A DNA stretch of 64,000 nucleotides from Octopus bimaculoides. Lineage: Eukaryota. Numbering within the stretch: position 1 is the stretch's first letter; every line of letters begins with the position of its first letter. Below are positions 23,085 to 35,435 of the stretch, one piece after another. Position numbers and translations under genes: made by a program. Where the stretch lies: NCBI RefSeq assembly GCF_001194135.2, contig NC_068997.1, positions 12,423,923 through 12,487,922 on the forward strand, in the 5' to 3' direction. A model generated the notes under the pieces. It did no database searches and was not told where the DNA came from. It was given only the letters and a program-made list of their open reading frames with translations.

Positions 23085-24394
23085 AACTTGAAAAACTTGC
23101 AAAAAAAAAAACACAAAAAAAAAAGTAAGAAACACAATATTTTTTTTGTGCTTGTTGAATATTTAAATTCAACAGCAAAAACCAAAAAAAATCTCACTCT
23201 CTCCCACCCACCCCAACACCCATATTATATACAAAAAAGAAAAAAAAATTAATNNNNNNNNNNNNNNNNNNNNNNNNNNNNNNNNNNNNNNNNNNNNNNN
23301 NNNNNNNNNNNNNNNNNNNNNNNNNNNNNNNNNNNNNNNNNNNNNNNNNNNNNNNNNNNNNNNNNNNNNNNNNNNNNNNNNNNNNNNNNNNNNNNNNNNN
23401 NNNNNNNNNNNNNNNNNNNNNNNNNNNNNNNNNNNNNNNNNNNNNNNNNNNNNNNNNNNNNNNNNNNNNNNNNNNNNNNNNNNNNNNNNNNNNNNNNNNN
23501 NNNNNNNNNNNNNNNNNNNNNNNNNNNNNNNNNNNNNNNNNNNNNNNNNNNNNNNNNNNNNNNNNNNNNNNNNNNNNNNNNNNNNNNNNNNNNNNNNNNN
23601 NNNNNNNNNNNNNNNNNNNNNNNNNNNNNNNNNNNNNNNNNNNNNNNNNNNNNNNNNNNNNNNNNNNNNNNNNNNNNNNNNNNNNTTTAGATGTGTTTTT
23701 ACCATGATCCACCAAAACACCTTCACCACTACCACCACCACTTTCACAACTGCCATCACTTTCACCACCACCACCACCACCACCACCACCACCACTGACA
23801 CAATTTCTTCATTCTATCTTTTGTCACACACATACACATTGTATATCATCATCATCACCTTTATTTTCTACTCTACTCACTCTCATCTTCATATACAGTC
23901 ATTCAACATCCATCACTCTCCAAACAATTTCATTTTTTGTTGTTGTTGTTGTTGATATGTATATTGCCATGGCAACTATTACCACTACCACTGCCACCCC
24001 ACCTCCACCACCACCACCACTACCAAATTCTTCACTGTTTCTAACTCCTGCCCTTCATTCAGATACATTGATCACTACTATTTTTTGCCCTCCAATTTTA
24101 CACTGTCTCCCACCTGTAATTATTATTATTATTATTATTAATATTATCTCACTGCTACCACCACCACCATCATCGTCATCACCATCCTTATCACTAAAGA
24201 AGAAAAATATAGACAAACAAAAAAAAAATACAAAACAAAGCATCATCTCATCAACGAAGAAATATTTCTGGTACCATAGTAACACCACCATCACCACCAC
24301 CACCACCACCACCAACTTTGTTTTCTGTGGTTTCCAAAAGAAATATTAGTGAGTAACCTGACTGATATATATATTTGCACATATATGACAAAAG

Positions 24395-24656
24395 ATTTTC
24401 TTAAACGTTATTAACTATTTAAAAAAAAAAATATTTAGAAAAAACAGACTGACATGAACCTTTTGGAACATAGGTTTTGTATTGTGTGTAAGCACTGTCT
24501 GTCATTGTTCAGCTTTTTCAGATGTGTGTGCTTAAGGGTAACAAAAGTGCTTAAACTCAGTACACAAACTTCATTTCAAAAGTTTCATGTTATTCAGTTT
24601 TTCTAGGACTTTAAAAAATTTTTTTTTTAAAGATAGTTAATAACATTTAAGAAAAT
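24395..24656. repeat. Foldback palindrome (MITE-like), ~105-bp imperfect arms
   Basis: ATTTTCTTAAACGTTATTAACTA (24395-24417) pairs with TAGTTAATAACATTTAAGAAAAT (24634-24656); similarity continues inward to ~24500/24540. Confidence 0.8.
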
Positions 24657-25153
24657 TTTCCTTCGTACATTGTGACTGTCAAATATTTTTTGCAAAAACT
24701 TTGAAATATACAAACATACATACATACATACACACACATATATATATATATATTGGGATTCCATAGCTGCTATCTCTGAAGAGTACAGAGTTGCATAATC
24801 ATGCTGTTACCTACCTAACACTGTTGAACCCCTAGTGCAAGACTGATTGGTAAGATGGCTGTAATGGATATATATTACTGTGCACTTTGATTAATATATA
24901 TATATATATATATATGTATATGTATGTATGTATCTAAGGGCTTGATGATACAAACAGGAACATAGAACTCTACACATCATTATAAATAATTATGTTTATT
25001 ATATTTAATTGGCATAAGTTACAGGATTCTGTCAGTTAAGACTGAGAACCTTGAGCATTGGCACTAATTGATAACTGCGCCAGTGTACAAAACTCTTGAC
25101 CCTTGATTCACTCTTTAACTCCTTCCAATTATATATAATATGCATTATATGTA

Positions 25154-25188
<35 letters not shown>

Positions 25189-25694
25189 CACACACACACA
25201 GACTAGTGGATAGAAAAATGGATACCCCATACATATACACATGCATATATTTCACATACAGTTGTTTTGTTGTTCACAGAAAAAAGCAAAAAAACCAACA
25301 AAAATGGCGTCTCAATAATTTTTTTTTTTTGCTGTTATCATAACCACATTCCTCTCATTTGTTGTCTTGTGTTTTATGACATGTCTTATATTAAGACATG
25401 TCTTACATTGAGATAATTACACAAAGTTGAGGTGTTTTTGCTTCTTTTTTTTTTCAACATTTGTAGTTGTTTTTTTTTTCTTCTTTATTTGGAATCAAAA
25501 TCTTTTTTTTTTTGTGTGTGTTTTAACATTATTATTTGATTTTAATAATTTTTATGCAATTTTTTTTTTTTTTGCATGGCACACACACACACACACACTC
25601 ACTATATGTGTGTGTATGTGTGTGTGTGTGTACGTACGTGTATTTATAACTGAATTTCAAATATGGAATTCTCATTGAGATTACGTGGCTGTGC

Positions 25695-25730
<36 letters not shown>

Positions 25731-26038
25731 AGTCCGGCAGAAAGTGTTCCAAAACTAAATGGTGGGGACAGTTCCTCCACCTCCTTTCACAAGTCTGTGT
25801 GTGTGTGTGTATATATATATATGTACACACACACACATATCCACCCTACTTCCCTCCTCCCTCCATCACATGTGGCCCATTGTTTTTGCAATATTGTAGT
25901 TTTTGTGTATATTAGTTAATTCTTGTCAAAGCTGAACAGCATATGCAATGTGTGTGTGTGTGCACACACACACGTACACATACTTACACAAATGTGTATG
26001 TATGTGCATTTGCTTATTGTGAATAATAGTTTTTCTTG

Positions 26039-26070
<32 letters not shown>

Positions 26071-26423
26071 CATTATTATAATCTGAAAGAAATGATCTCT
26101 GTCTGTCACTTGTTTTTTTTTTTCTTTCTTTTGCATTGTTTTCTTTCCCTTCCCCCCCTCATCCATCCATCCATCCATTCATTCCTCTTCCGCTTTTCTT
26201 CTCCCACAAACCCAATCAGATAATCACCCTGTAAGTGTTCAGTCTCTCCCAGTGAGCATCGCTTCCCCGCCAAAAAAAAAAACACATTGCTGCTTTGAGC
26301 TAAGCTTAAAGACAGTTAGTCATGAGTCGGGTGGTAAGATGAAGCGTAGACTTGCAAAGGTCCCGATTTCAGCCAGGGCATCGGGTGGGTCTGGTTCCCA
26401 ATGTGTCTGTCACAGTCGGTGGA

Positions 26424-26429
26424 AATAAA
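26424..26429 (+). terminator. Candidate JAZF1 polyadenylation signal
   Basis: First AATAAA I could see after the JAZF1 stop (gap 23254-23685 is unreadable), followed by U-rich sequence. Would imply a ~3.3-kb 3'UTR. Confidence 0.35.
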
Positions 26430-27149
26430 GAAACGAAATTCACTTGGTGCCAAGAGTCCTCTTTAGTTCTTCCTTGTTGCTCTCATTCTCCACATCTACC
26501 ATCATAAGTACTAATGACTGTTACATTTGTTATCAACTCTACCACCATCGCCACCACAACCATTTCCACCAACACCACCATCACCATGCCATTGTCACTG
26601 CCACCATTGATTTATTTGGTAAGGTGTTAGGATTTCGAATGTCTCATTGATCCACTGAACATTTGCATTTTTATATATTTATCATTTGAAAGAAAGTCGT
26701 TGGGTTTTGAAGAGAAAGTTCATACACACTCTATGGTTGATGATAGTTGTGAGTGATAGTGCTGGCGTTGGTAGAGTTGGTGGTGCTTGTTTTTTTGGTT
26801 GTCTAACTAGAGAAATAGCTGATATGGTACTATGTGTCCAGATTACAGTAGATTGAAGAACTAACTGTGATCCCTCAATCTATTGCTTGTGGTATTCTGT
26901 GCCAGTACTTAGCAAAGGACCATACTATATAACTAGCTGAATATACAGTATGGCAGTTTTGGCATTTTGATTTTGTTTGTTCTGGGGTTGTTTTTTTCCT
27001 TTGCCTAGTAATATGTTTATAAGTTCTGCTAGTAGCCATTGAAGCATGACAATTTCTGCTCCGTTTCTTTGATCTCTGGTGCTGTGTCTACAGCATTGTG
27101 TTTAGGGCTATTGATGTTGCTGCTGTTGTTTTTTTGTGTTTTTTTTATG

Positions 27150-27945
27150 TGTATGTAATTAATTTATGTGTTGGTCTTGGGCTGATTGGGGCTGTAGTAG
27201 TTTTCTTATGATACATGTTATACTAGTGCTGTAGGGTACTGTAAAGGTGTTTGGTTGTTTGAGGTCAGGAACTGTACAAAGACTGGAGCTTTTTGCAGCT
27301 AGACATTGTTGTTGCTCACATAAAGTAGTCACATTTGGATGAATGGCATACTTCAGGATAAGCTGCTGCCTGTTGCTGTATATAATGTTGGGCAAGAAGT
27401 TTGTGTGAGAGAGACAGAGTGAAACATGGTATGGATGGTGAAAGGAGACAGAGAGGCTCGTAAAACCTCGATTTAAATGACTGTTGTATTGCCACCTGAA
27501 CTTGAGGAAAGTCAGGTCCAAAATGTAAATATCTCTTAAACCTCAAGAGGTTTCCAGTCTGTTGTAACATTCCTTGATGATCTCTAAATGTATATCAAAC
27601 ACTTATGTGAACTTGGCAATGTAGAATTTGTTTGTGTACAGTTCAAATAGTGTACTGAATACTTGGTCATTTAGCTTCTTCTACCTGCTTTAGTAGAGGT
27701 AATTGACGGAAGAAAAGGCTCAGTGTAACAATGGGGTAGATCATTGTATGATTTACTCTGACTTATAAACTGGTATCAGTTGATGGACTACATTTGTACT
27801 TCAGGGGTTTTCAATCAATAATATTGGCCCCAATACTTAATTCAGATTGGTGCTGATTTTATATTTCATTTTACTGATTGGTTAAAATTACCATTTTGAC
27901 ACAAACCCAGTTTTTTTTTTTATAGCCACTAGTGTTGTTTCACAC

Positions 27946-27994
<49 letters not shown>

Positions 27995-28990
27995 GAGGAG
28001 AGTTCCTATCTCATGATGGTAGTGGTTTACTACTAAAAAAGGAGCCCAATATTAAAAGCAAAGTATTGTATTTTTCCACATTCTTATGCCATGGCCATTG
28101 TATTTCAACACACTGTGCATTAACTGAACTTCGTCATATAAGACATATTTCTTTGACAGAACTTAGTAACTAGTCTGCTAAAGCACCATGGCCATGTTGG
28201 GAGAACAGTTTTTGTCTGCCAAATTCCACTCACAAAGTACTAATCAATCTGCGATTGTTGTAAAAGACCCTTGTTCAATGTGCTGTATGGTGGGAATGAA
28301 CCTAAAACCACGTGGTTGTGAAATCTATTGTTTGAACTCGCAGACATGCCTGCATTGCATGTCACAGGTGGTCTATTAGTCAGACTAATATAGATCCGAT
28401 CATGGTCTAAGAGATTTAGAGACAGTTGATGCACGAGGAGGTAACCTGTTGGTAGTAATGTTTATTTGGGTCTTGTAGAAGATGGTCAGCTGCAAAGAAC
28501 CGAAATATTTCTTTGGCTCTGAGAGAACAAGAGAAGCATTATGATTAATGAGAGACATGTGTAAGATGTTAGATCGTTAAGTGAAAATGAGGAAATTGTG
28601 TGAGTAATGGTAGACTTGCCCTCACACATCCTTCTTTGTTTGCTAAGAGAATGTGACACTGACCAATCTTATGTACCGATCATTTGTGTACTTGATGGCT
28701 GGATATTCTTTTTCTAAGATCAAGAGATGTTGGGAGGAATTCTGAAATGACCACACTTGTGCTTCACTGTTGTTTGAGAGTCATGTTGCATAACACAGGA
28801 AATATTGTTGCGGAATACAGGGGTTCACATTATATACTCCCAAAGGATTATATTCTGTACTTTTTTTGTAGCATAGGGTTGAAAGGGTAAGGTAATGATC
28901 CCTTTCTGGGTCTCCATCTAGTTGTAAGAAGTTATCCTCAGAAGAGACACCTTTCAATGCTTGCAACAAACTGGACATTGCTAAAGGCAG
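27150..28990 (-). mobile_element. Highly degraded Penelope-like element
   Basis: Fragmentary motifs LDLT..HHPYH, FTVPY..IIRKL and VQFVASIERCL in different frames, in the order expected for a PLE ORF. Confidence 0.45.
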
Positions 28991-29142
28991 CCATGGGCTT
29001 GTGGTGTTGGTGTTAAACTGGGTGATGGTTTAAGACTACCACTTAACATCTGTTGGTCGTAGTAAAAGATTCAGACAGAAAGCACAGTACAACTTGACAT
29101 TGTGAGGGAATTTGTTGACTAGAGACGGATAATCTGCATACA

Positions 29143-29201
<59 letters not shown>

Positions 29202-32200
29202 AACATCTATAATACATCTATTATCAAATGATGAATAGGCACATTTTCCATGATTCCCATTTCTTATGTTGGGAGAACATCTGCTGACAAGTCGCAGAAA
29301 GAGATTGGGAGTCTTTGAGTATGCTGATGTTAGTGGAAGTGGAAGTGGAAAATAGAGGATAGTGATGATGATGATGATGATGTTGTTTAGCCCTGGGTAA
29401 ATCATGAAACAGTAGATGAACCGATGGTCAAAGGTATTCCAGTCTTGACCATTCCGCTTTGATATATTCAAGATTGTGGAGTTGCACTGGTGATCGTAAG
29501 ATTGTGGTTTCGATTCCTAAACTGGGTGATGGCATTGTGTCCTTGAGCAAAACACTTCATTTCACATTGCTCCAGTTCACTCAGCTAGCCAAGTGAATAA
29601 TCCTGTGATGGATTAGCAACCTGTCCAGTGGGGGAATATGTATGTCATAGTCAGGGAAACTTGCTTTATGAGCCTTTGGCTTAGGAGGGACCTTTGATCC
29701 TTTTTTTTTTTTTATATTGAGGACAACTTTTATATAATGTACCCCCCTTTTTTTAAAGATGACATTTAAAAAAAAAAAAAAGACTTTTGGAGGAGGTGCC
29801 TTCCCAGGCCTTCCAAGACTTGGGTGAATGATATGTTAATGTTCTGTTCAAACTGTTGCATGATGTCACTTGCTGGAGAGACATTTTGCAGGGAGAGAAT
29901 TGCCAAAGAAAGATTGGGGATAGGAGTTAGTACAGGGCTAAGGATATGTTGGGTATGGCATAAGGTTATAAGAGGAGAAGTGATGAAGATGAATGAAGTG
30001 GAAGTTGTACCGCAATACCAGCTATGTCTGAAGAACAAAAGACATTATATATAATAGTGGTAGAAAAGGCAGAGAGAGAGAGAGGAGACTGTATTTCTGG
30101 AGTGTCAGAGGCTGAAATATGTCTGAGTGGTTTCATGCCAATCAGTTGAGTGACTTTGTTCTGAGGCAAATTTGATGATGATGATGATGATAAGGATAAA
30201 GAACTTGGGGATAATATAATGAAGTTATTGTACAGTTCATATCGTGTGTCTATAGCTGGCGCTTTGATTTTTCTGTTTTTTTCTTTTTCTTTCTTTTTTT
30301 TGTTGTTGCAATTTTTATATTTTAAATCTGTGATGGGTAAATGAGCAGTTTCAGATGTTGTTTAGCCTGCAGATCATCCTCAATTGAACAGACCACTAAT
30401 AAAAAGCATTCCAGCCATGACCATCTGTCTTAATATCCAATACAGGATAATGTAGTTCTAANNNNNNNNNNNNNNNNNTTTGGCTGCTATTTCTAGCTGA
30501 TGAAGCTACCACTTGGAGGTTCCCTCATTTTGGTATTTTGCTTCCTGGAGTTAAATCTCAATAGGAGAGATGTATGTGTAGGGGTGGGTCACCCTTTTTT
30601 TTTTCCTTTTTGTTCTGTCCAACCCATGGACAATGGACAAATGATGAAGAATATGATGTTTCTCAGAAATTGAAGTGTGTTAAAGTACCAGTTATACACT
30701 GCACGAAAATATCGAATCAAGTATCCTGCCTTCAATGCCTTTCTTTCTTTCTTTCTCTTTTTTTTTTTTTTTTTTTTTACAAATTTAACCCTCCCCCAAC
30801 AACCCCCCATCTAATACAATGAAATTCTTATATTTTTCACTTTGCAAAACAACAATAACCAAGGTTCGATATGGAACCATTTTCTTGGAGGTTGACCGGC
30901 TAGATGTTCATATTCTACTCCATGCATTGTATTAAATTTTGTGCCTGAGAATCAGACACTCAAATCTTTACATGCTTAATGAGTTCACACTTCATTTTCA
31001 CTGAGGTCAGCTTTGCCTTCCATCCTTTCTGGATCGATGAAATAAGCACCAGTCTGTCACTGAGGTCGATACAATCGACTTCCGAAATTTTCTGGCCTTG
31101 TACCGAAATTTGAAACCATTATATCAGTTTGCAAGTAGAACCATTAGCACACCAGACAGAAAATGCTTAACGGCATTCATTCTGGGCTTTTATATTCTGA
31201 GAACAATTTCCACCAAAGTCGACTTAGCTTTTCTATGCTTTCGGTGTTGATAAAATAAATACATACCAGTCGAGTACTGGAATCGATGTAATTAGCTAAC
31301 CCCCGCCCACCACCCCTCACCATCCCTATCCCCGAAATTTCAGGCCTTGTGATTGTGTTTGGAAGAATTTTTTTTTTTTAAATTAGTACACCTAGTAGTT
31401 TTTATTTCTTTCTTGCCCTCCTATTATCACCGGCCCCTCCTCAAACAGGGGGGGGGGGGGGGGGAGAAAGAAAATACAAAAATACAAAATACATTTCAAA
31501 TGTCCTCCCATCACATGCTTTTTTTTTTTTTTTTTTTTTTTCCAATCCAACCTGTATTTCTGCTTTGTTTCTGTATTTGGTTTGCAAGATTCTTGATGTG
31601 AAACAAATCTTGTTGTGTCTTGTTGGGAAGATCGTAGCGCCACTGTTGTTAATAATAACAGACAATTGACTGACAAAAACGAAGTGATATTGAACCAGTG
31701 CATGTGTTATTATTAGTGTGATGACCTTCCCAAGACACAACAAGATGTATTTGTACTTCTTTCATCCTATGTCTTTCATCTGTCTCATCTTTGTATTTGC
31801 CTTTCACTTCTGTTTTTGCATCCCACCCCTATCCTCTACCTCCTTCCGCTCTTTGTACCTTCTACCTCTCCTTCTTGTCTTTTGCCTTTATGTCTTTCTT
31901 CTCACTGCTTCTTCCTGTCTCTTACCCACTGTATGACATCTACTTCCTGTGTCCTGCATTTACAACCATGTCCTACCTCTCTCCTTTGCATCCAGTCTCC
32001 TGTCACCAAATTTCCCCCCTCCCCTCCTCTCTCTTTCTCCCCGTTCCTCCATCTATTTCTTTCACTCCTGCTTCTGTTCTCTGTCTCCCACTACTACTGT
32101 TGTCTTCCACTCCTGTTCCCCCCCCCCCGTGACTTTTGATTCCCATCTCCTTCCTCTGTCTCTTTCCTCCTCCTCAATTAATATTCTAAGGTTGTACACA

Positions 32201-32476
32201 TCATCCGCTGTCTTTGGAAACGGTAAATAATGCAGGTTTGAAAAAGGAAAAAAAAGGGCTTCATATTTATGACTGTTGATGTTTTTTTTTTTTTTTTNNN
32301 NNNNNNNNNNNNNNNNNNNNNNNNNNNNNNNNNNNNNNNNNNNNNNNNNNNNNNNNNNNNNNNNNNNNNNNNNNNNNNNNNNNNNNNNNNNNNNNNNNNN
32401 NNNNNNNNNNNNNNNNNNNNNNNNNNNNNNNNNNNNNNNNNNNNNNNNNNNNNNNNNNNNNNNNNNNNNNNNNNNN

Positions 32477-32516
<40 letters not shown>

Positions 32517-33419
32517 CAAGGCATAAAGGTGTTTCCTCTGCAGTGCTATATATTATAAATTCATTCTCTTCTCCTTCCTGCAATAGAATGTTTTTTTTTT
32601 CTGTATCTGGAGATATTTTGATGATTCTTTAAATTACCTCTCTATCAATTGGTGCTATAAATTACGAGTCGTTAAGCTCAATTCATTCAGTTATTGGCAT
32701 CTCATCTAAGAGAAACTGCGCCAGTTTTTATACGAGAGAGAAAGAGAAAAAATGAGCATAATCGGTTTGAATTAACTCCAGTTTATTATCATTATTGTTG
32801 TGCTAATTTTTTTTTCCATCTCCACTCATGCCTGATAGGGAAGGAAAACTAAAGTGGACTGACCCCATAACGCTGTGATATGAACTCAGAACCTAGGGTT
32901 TTAAATAGCTGTTTTTGTTTTGTTGTTGTTGTGTGGTCCCAAGTTAGCTTTGACTGACCAATGTCCCATGTCCTGCAATTTCATTGTTCCAGATATCCAT
33001 GCTTCTGCCTAGTTGAGGACCATACTGCACACTCTCTGACGTGCAGTGACTTATAGCATGGCAGGCACCGTGTTCTGTTCTCCCCGTTGTTCCAGATTTA
33101 TTTCTGTACGCTTCTTGTTGTTTTTCTTTTTTCCTTTGTTATTGTTTAAATCCCACATCTATCCTGATTTAGCAGAACTATGTTCAAAGGCAATTCCAGC
33201 AATGACTAACCGATTGTGTTTTTTTTAGGAGTACAAAGGACCGATTACGTTATCCAACATAATCTTCTTTTTCTTAAAATGGGAATGTGTAAATTGAGGA
33301 AGATTTAGCTGCTGTTGTCTTGTAGCCAATCAAATGACCATGTTAAAACTCCCTCAGTGTATGTTACATGTATGGAGGATGCACAATAACATTATTATTG
33401 TTATTATTATTATTATTAT

Positions 33420-34667
33420 GACGGCGAGCTGGCAGAATTGCTAGCATGCTAGATGAAATGCTTTACGTTCTGAGTTCAAAATCTGCCAAGGTCAACTTTG
33501 CCGTTCATCCTTTTGGGGTCGATAAATTAAGTACCAGTGAAACACTGGGTTCGATGTGAAATCGATTAGTCCCCTTCCCAGAAATTTCAGGCCTTGTACC
33601 TACAGCAGAAAGGATTATTATAATTATAAAGCTTGATATATTAAGTACCAGTGGTCAATAAACTAAATACCAGTAAAATACTGGAGTCAATGTAATCAAC
33701 TAGTCCCCTTCCCCAAATATTTCAGGCCTTGTGTTTTTTAGTAGAAAGGGTTATTATTATAAAGTTGGGAGTTAGCAGAATTGTTAGCATGCTAGGTTGA
33801 AGTGCTTAGCGGAATTTTGTCCATCTCTATGCTCTGAGTTCAAATTCCACTGAGGTCGACTATGCCTGTCATCTTTGCAGCATCAATAAATTAAGTACCA
33901 GTGAAACACTGGGGTCAGTGTAATTGACTAGTCAAAGTTTTGTAGAAAGGATTATGGTTATTATTGTTTAGGTGGCGAGTTGGCTGAATGCTTAGCAGCA
34001 TTTTGTTCATCTCTATGCTCTGAGTTCAAATTCCACTGAGGTCGACTTGGCCTTTCGGGGTTGATAAGATAAGTACCAGTTTAGCATGGGATTCATATAA
34101 TCGACCAGCCTCTTCTCCCAAAATTTCAGGCCTTGTGCCAGTAGTAGAAAGGGTTATAATTATTATTTGTCTGTATTGGATCTTTCTACTACTGTTAAAA
34201 TCATCTAAACAGCAGGATGCTTCGGGTCCAAGAATTGTTGTTTCTGAAAGACTGAAAATAGTAGTTTCTAATTTAGGCACAAGGCCAGCAATTTTGAGAA
34301 TAGTTTGCTGATTAGATCAGCCCCAGTATTCAACTGGTCGACTTTGCTTTTGTCCTTTCAGGGTTGAGAAATTAAGTACCAGTCAAGTACTGGGGTCGAT
34401 ATAATTGACTGTCCCCCTTCCCCACAAATTTCAGGCCTTGTGCCTATAGTAGAAAGGATTATTATTATTAAGGTGGCAAGTGCTAGACAAAACACCTAGC
34501 ACCACATCTCCTGGCCTTATGCTCTGAGTTCAAATGCCACCAAGGTTGACTTTACCTTCCATCCTTTTGGAAGTTGATGTAAAAAGTACCAGGTGTGCAC
34601 TGGGGTTAATGGAATCGACTTAACCCACCCCTAAAATTTCAGACCCTTGTGCCTATGACAGAAAAGT

Positions 34668-34680
<13 letters not shown>
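33420..34680 (+). mobile_element. Head-to-tail train of ~6 family A SINE copies or fragments joined by (ATT)n
   Basis: Repeated GAGTTCAAAT..GTCGAC..AAGTACCAG..AAATTTCAGGCCTTGT..GTAGAAAGGATTATTATT modules. Confidence 0.88.
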
Positions 34681-34699
<19 letters not shown>

Positions 34700-35316
34700 A
34701 TCAGTGTGGAGGTATGTTCTAGTGGGTAGGGTGTTTCACTCATGAGATTGTGATTTCAATCCCTAGGCCGGGTGGTGCATTGTATTCTTGAGTAAACCAC
34801 TTCGTCTCACCTTGCTCTGTGATCATTTGGACACCTGTAGATGAAACTGTAACATTTTCATGTCATTATTTTGCCCAGTAAAATTTATTTCAGCTGGTTG
34901 CGAATCCTTGTTGAACAGTTTCTATTTCAGAGATTCTTTTCTCCTAGATGGATGGTCTTCGTTATGAATGGTGAGCGCCATCTCCCCTTGGCTGTATTGG
35001 ATGGCCGTTGACACTCGCCCTAGTTTTACTCTGCCCTTTGATGGGCCTCGTTTTTCATCCCTCAGCGTCTCCAGAAGTCACCTCCTCACCAAATGTGTAT
35101 CATACCGGTGGGATACTATTAAAATAAGGATAAAAATCTTGACTTAAGAGGATTCATATGTATGTATATTTTCTAGTGTGCTAGAAATAGCAGCTCACTT
35201 TACTCAACTGCCAAAGGACATTAAGTTTCATCATTCTGCGTTCTGAGTTCAAATCATATCGGTGGAGTCAACAAAAATCTTTTTATCAGGCATGTACTGA
35301 GATCAATATGAATAAT

Positions 35317-35352
<36 letters not shown>

Positions 35353-35404
35353 TACATACCCTCTCCCTCGACAGATTTCTGGTCCCTATACCAATGTGAA
35401 GAAA

Positions 35405-35435
<31 letters not shown>

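Noticed and set aside
23704-24349. Poly-T/P/I ORFs after the JAZF1 stop
   Set aside because: Trinucleotide microsatellite mosaic in the UTR; no homology or splice support.
26339-26428. Small ORF MKRRLAKVPISARASGGSGSQCVCHSRWK
   Set aside because: No splice or homology support; more likely 3'UTR sequence.
29850-30170. Possible further RTE relic
   Set aside because: Similarity too weak to support by eye.
30641-30720. Box C (ATGATGA) snoRNA candidate
   Set aside because: No properly placed box D (CTGA) or terminal stem.
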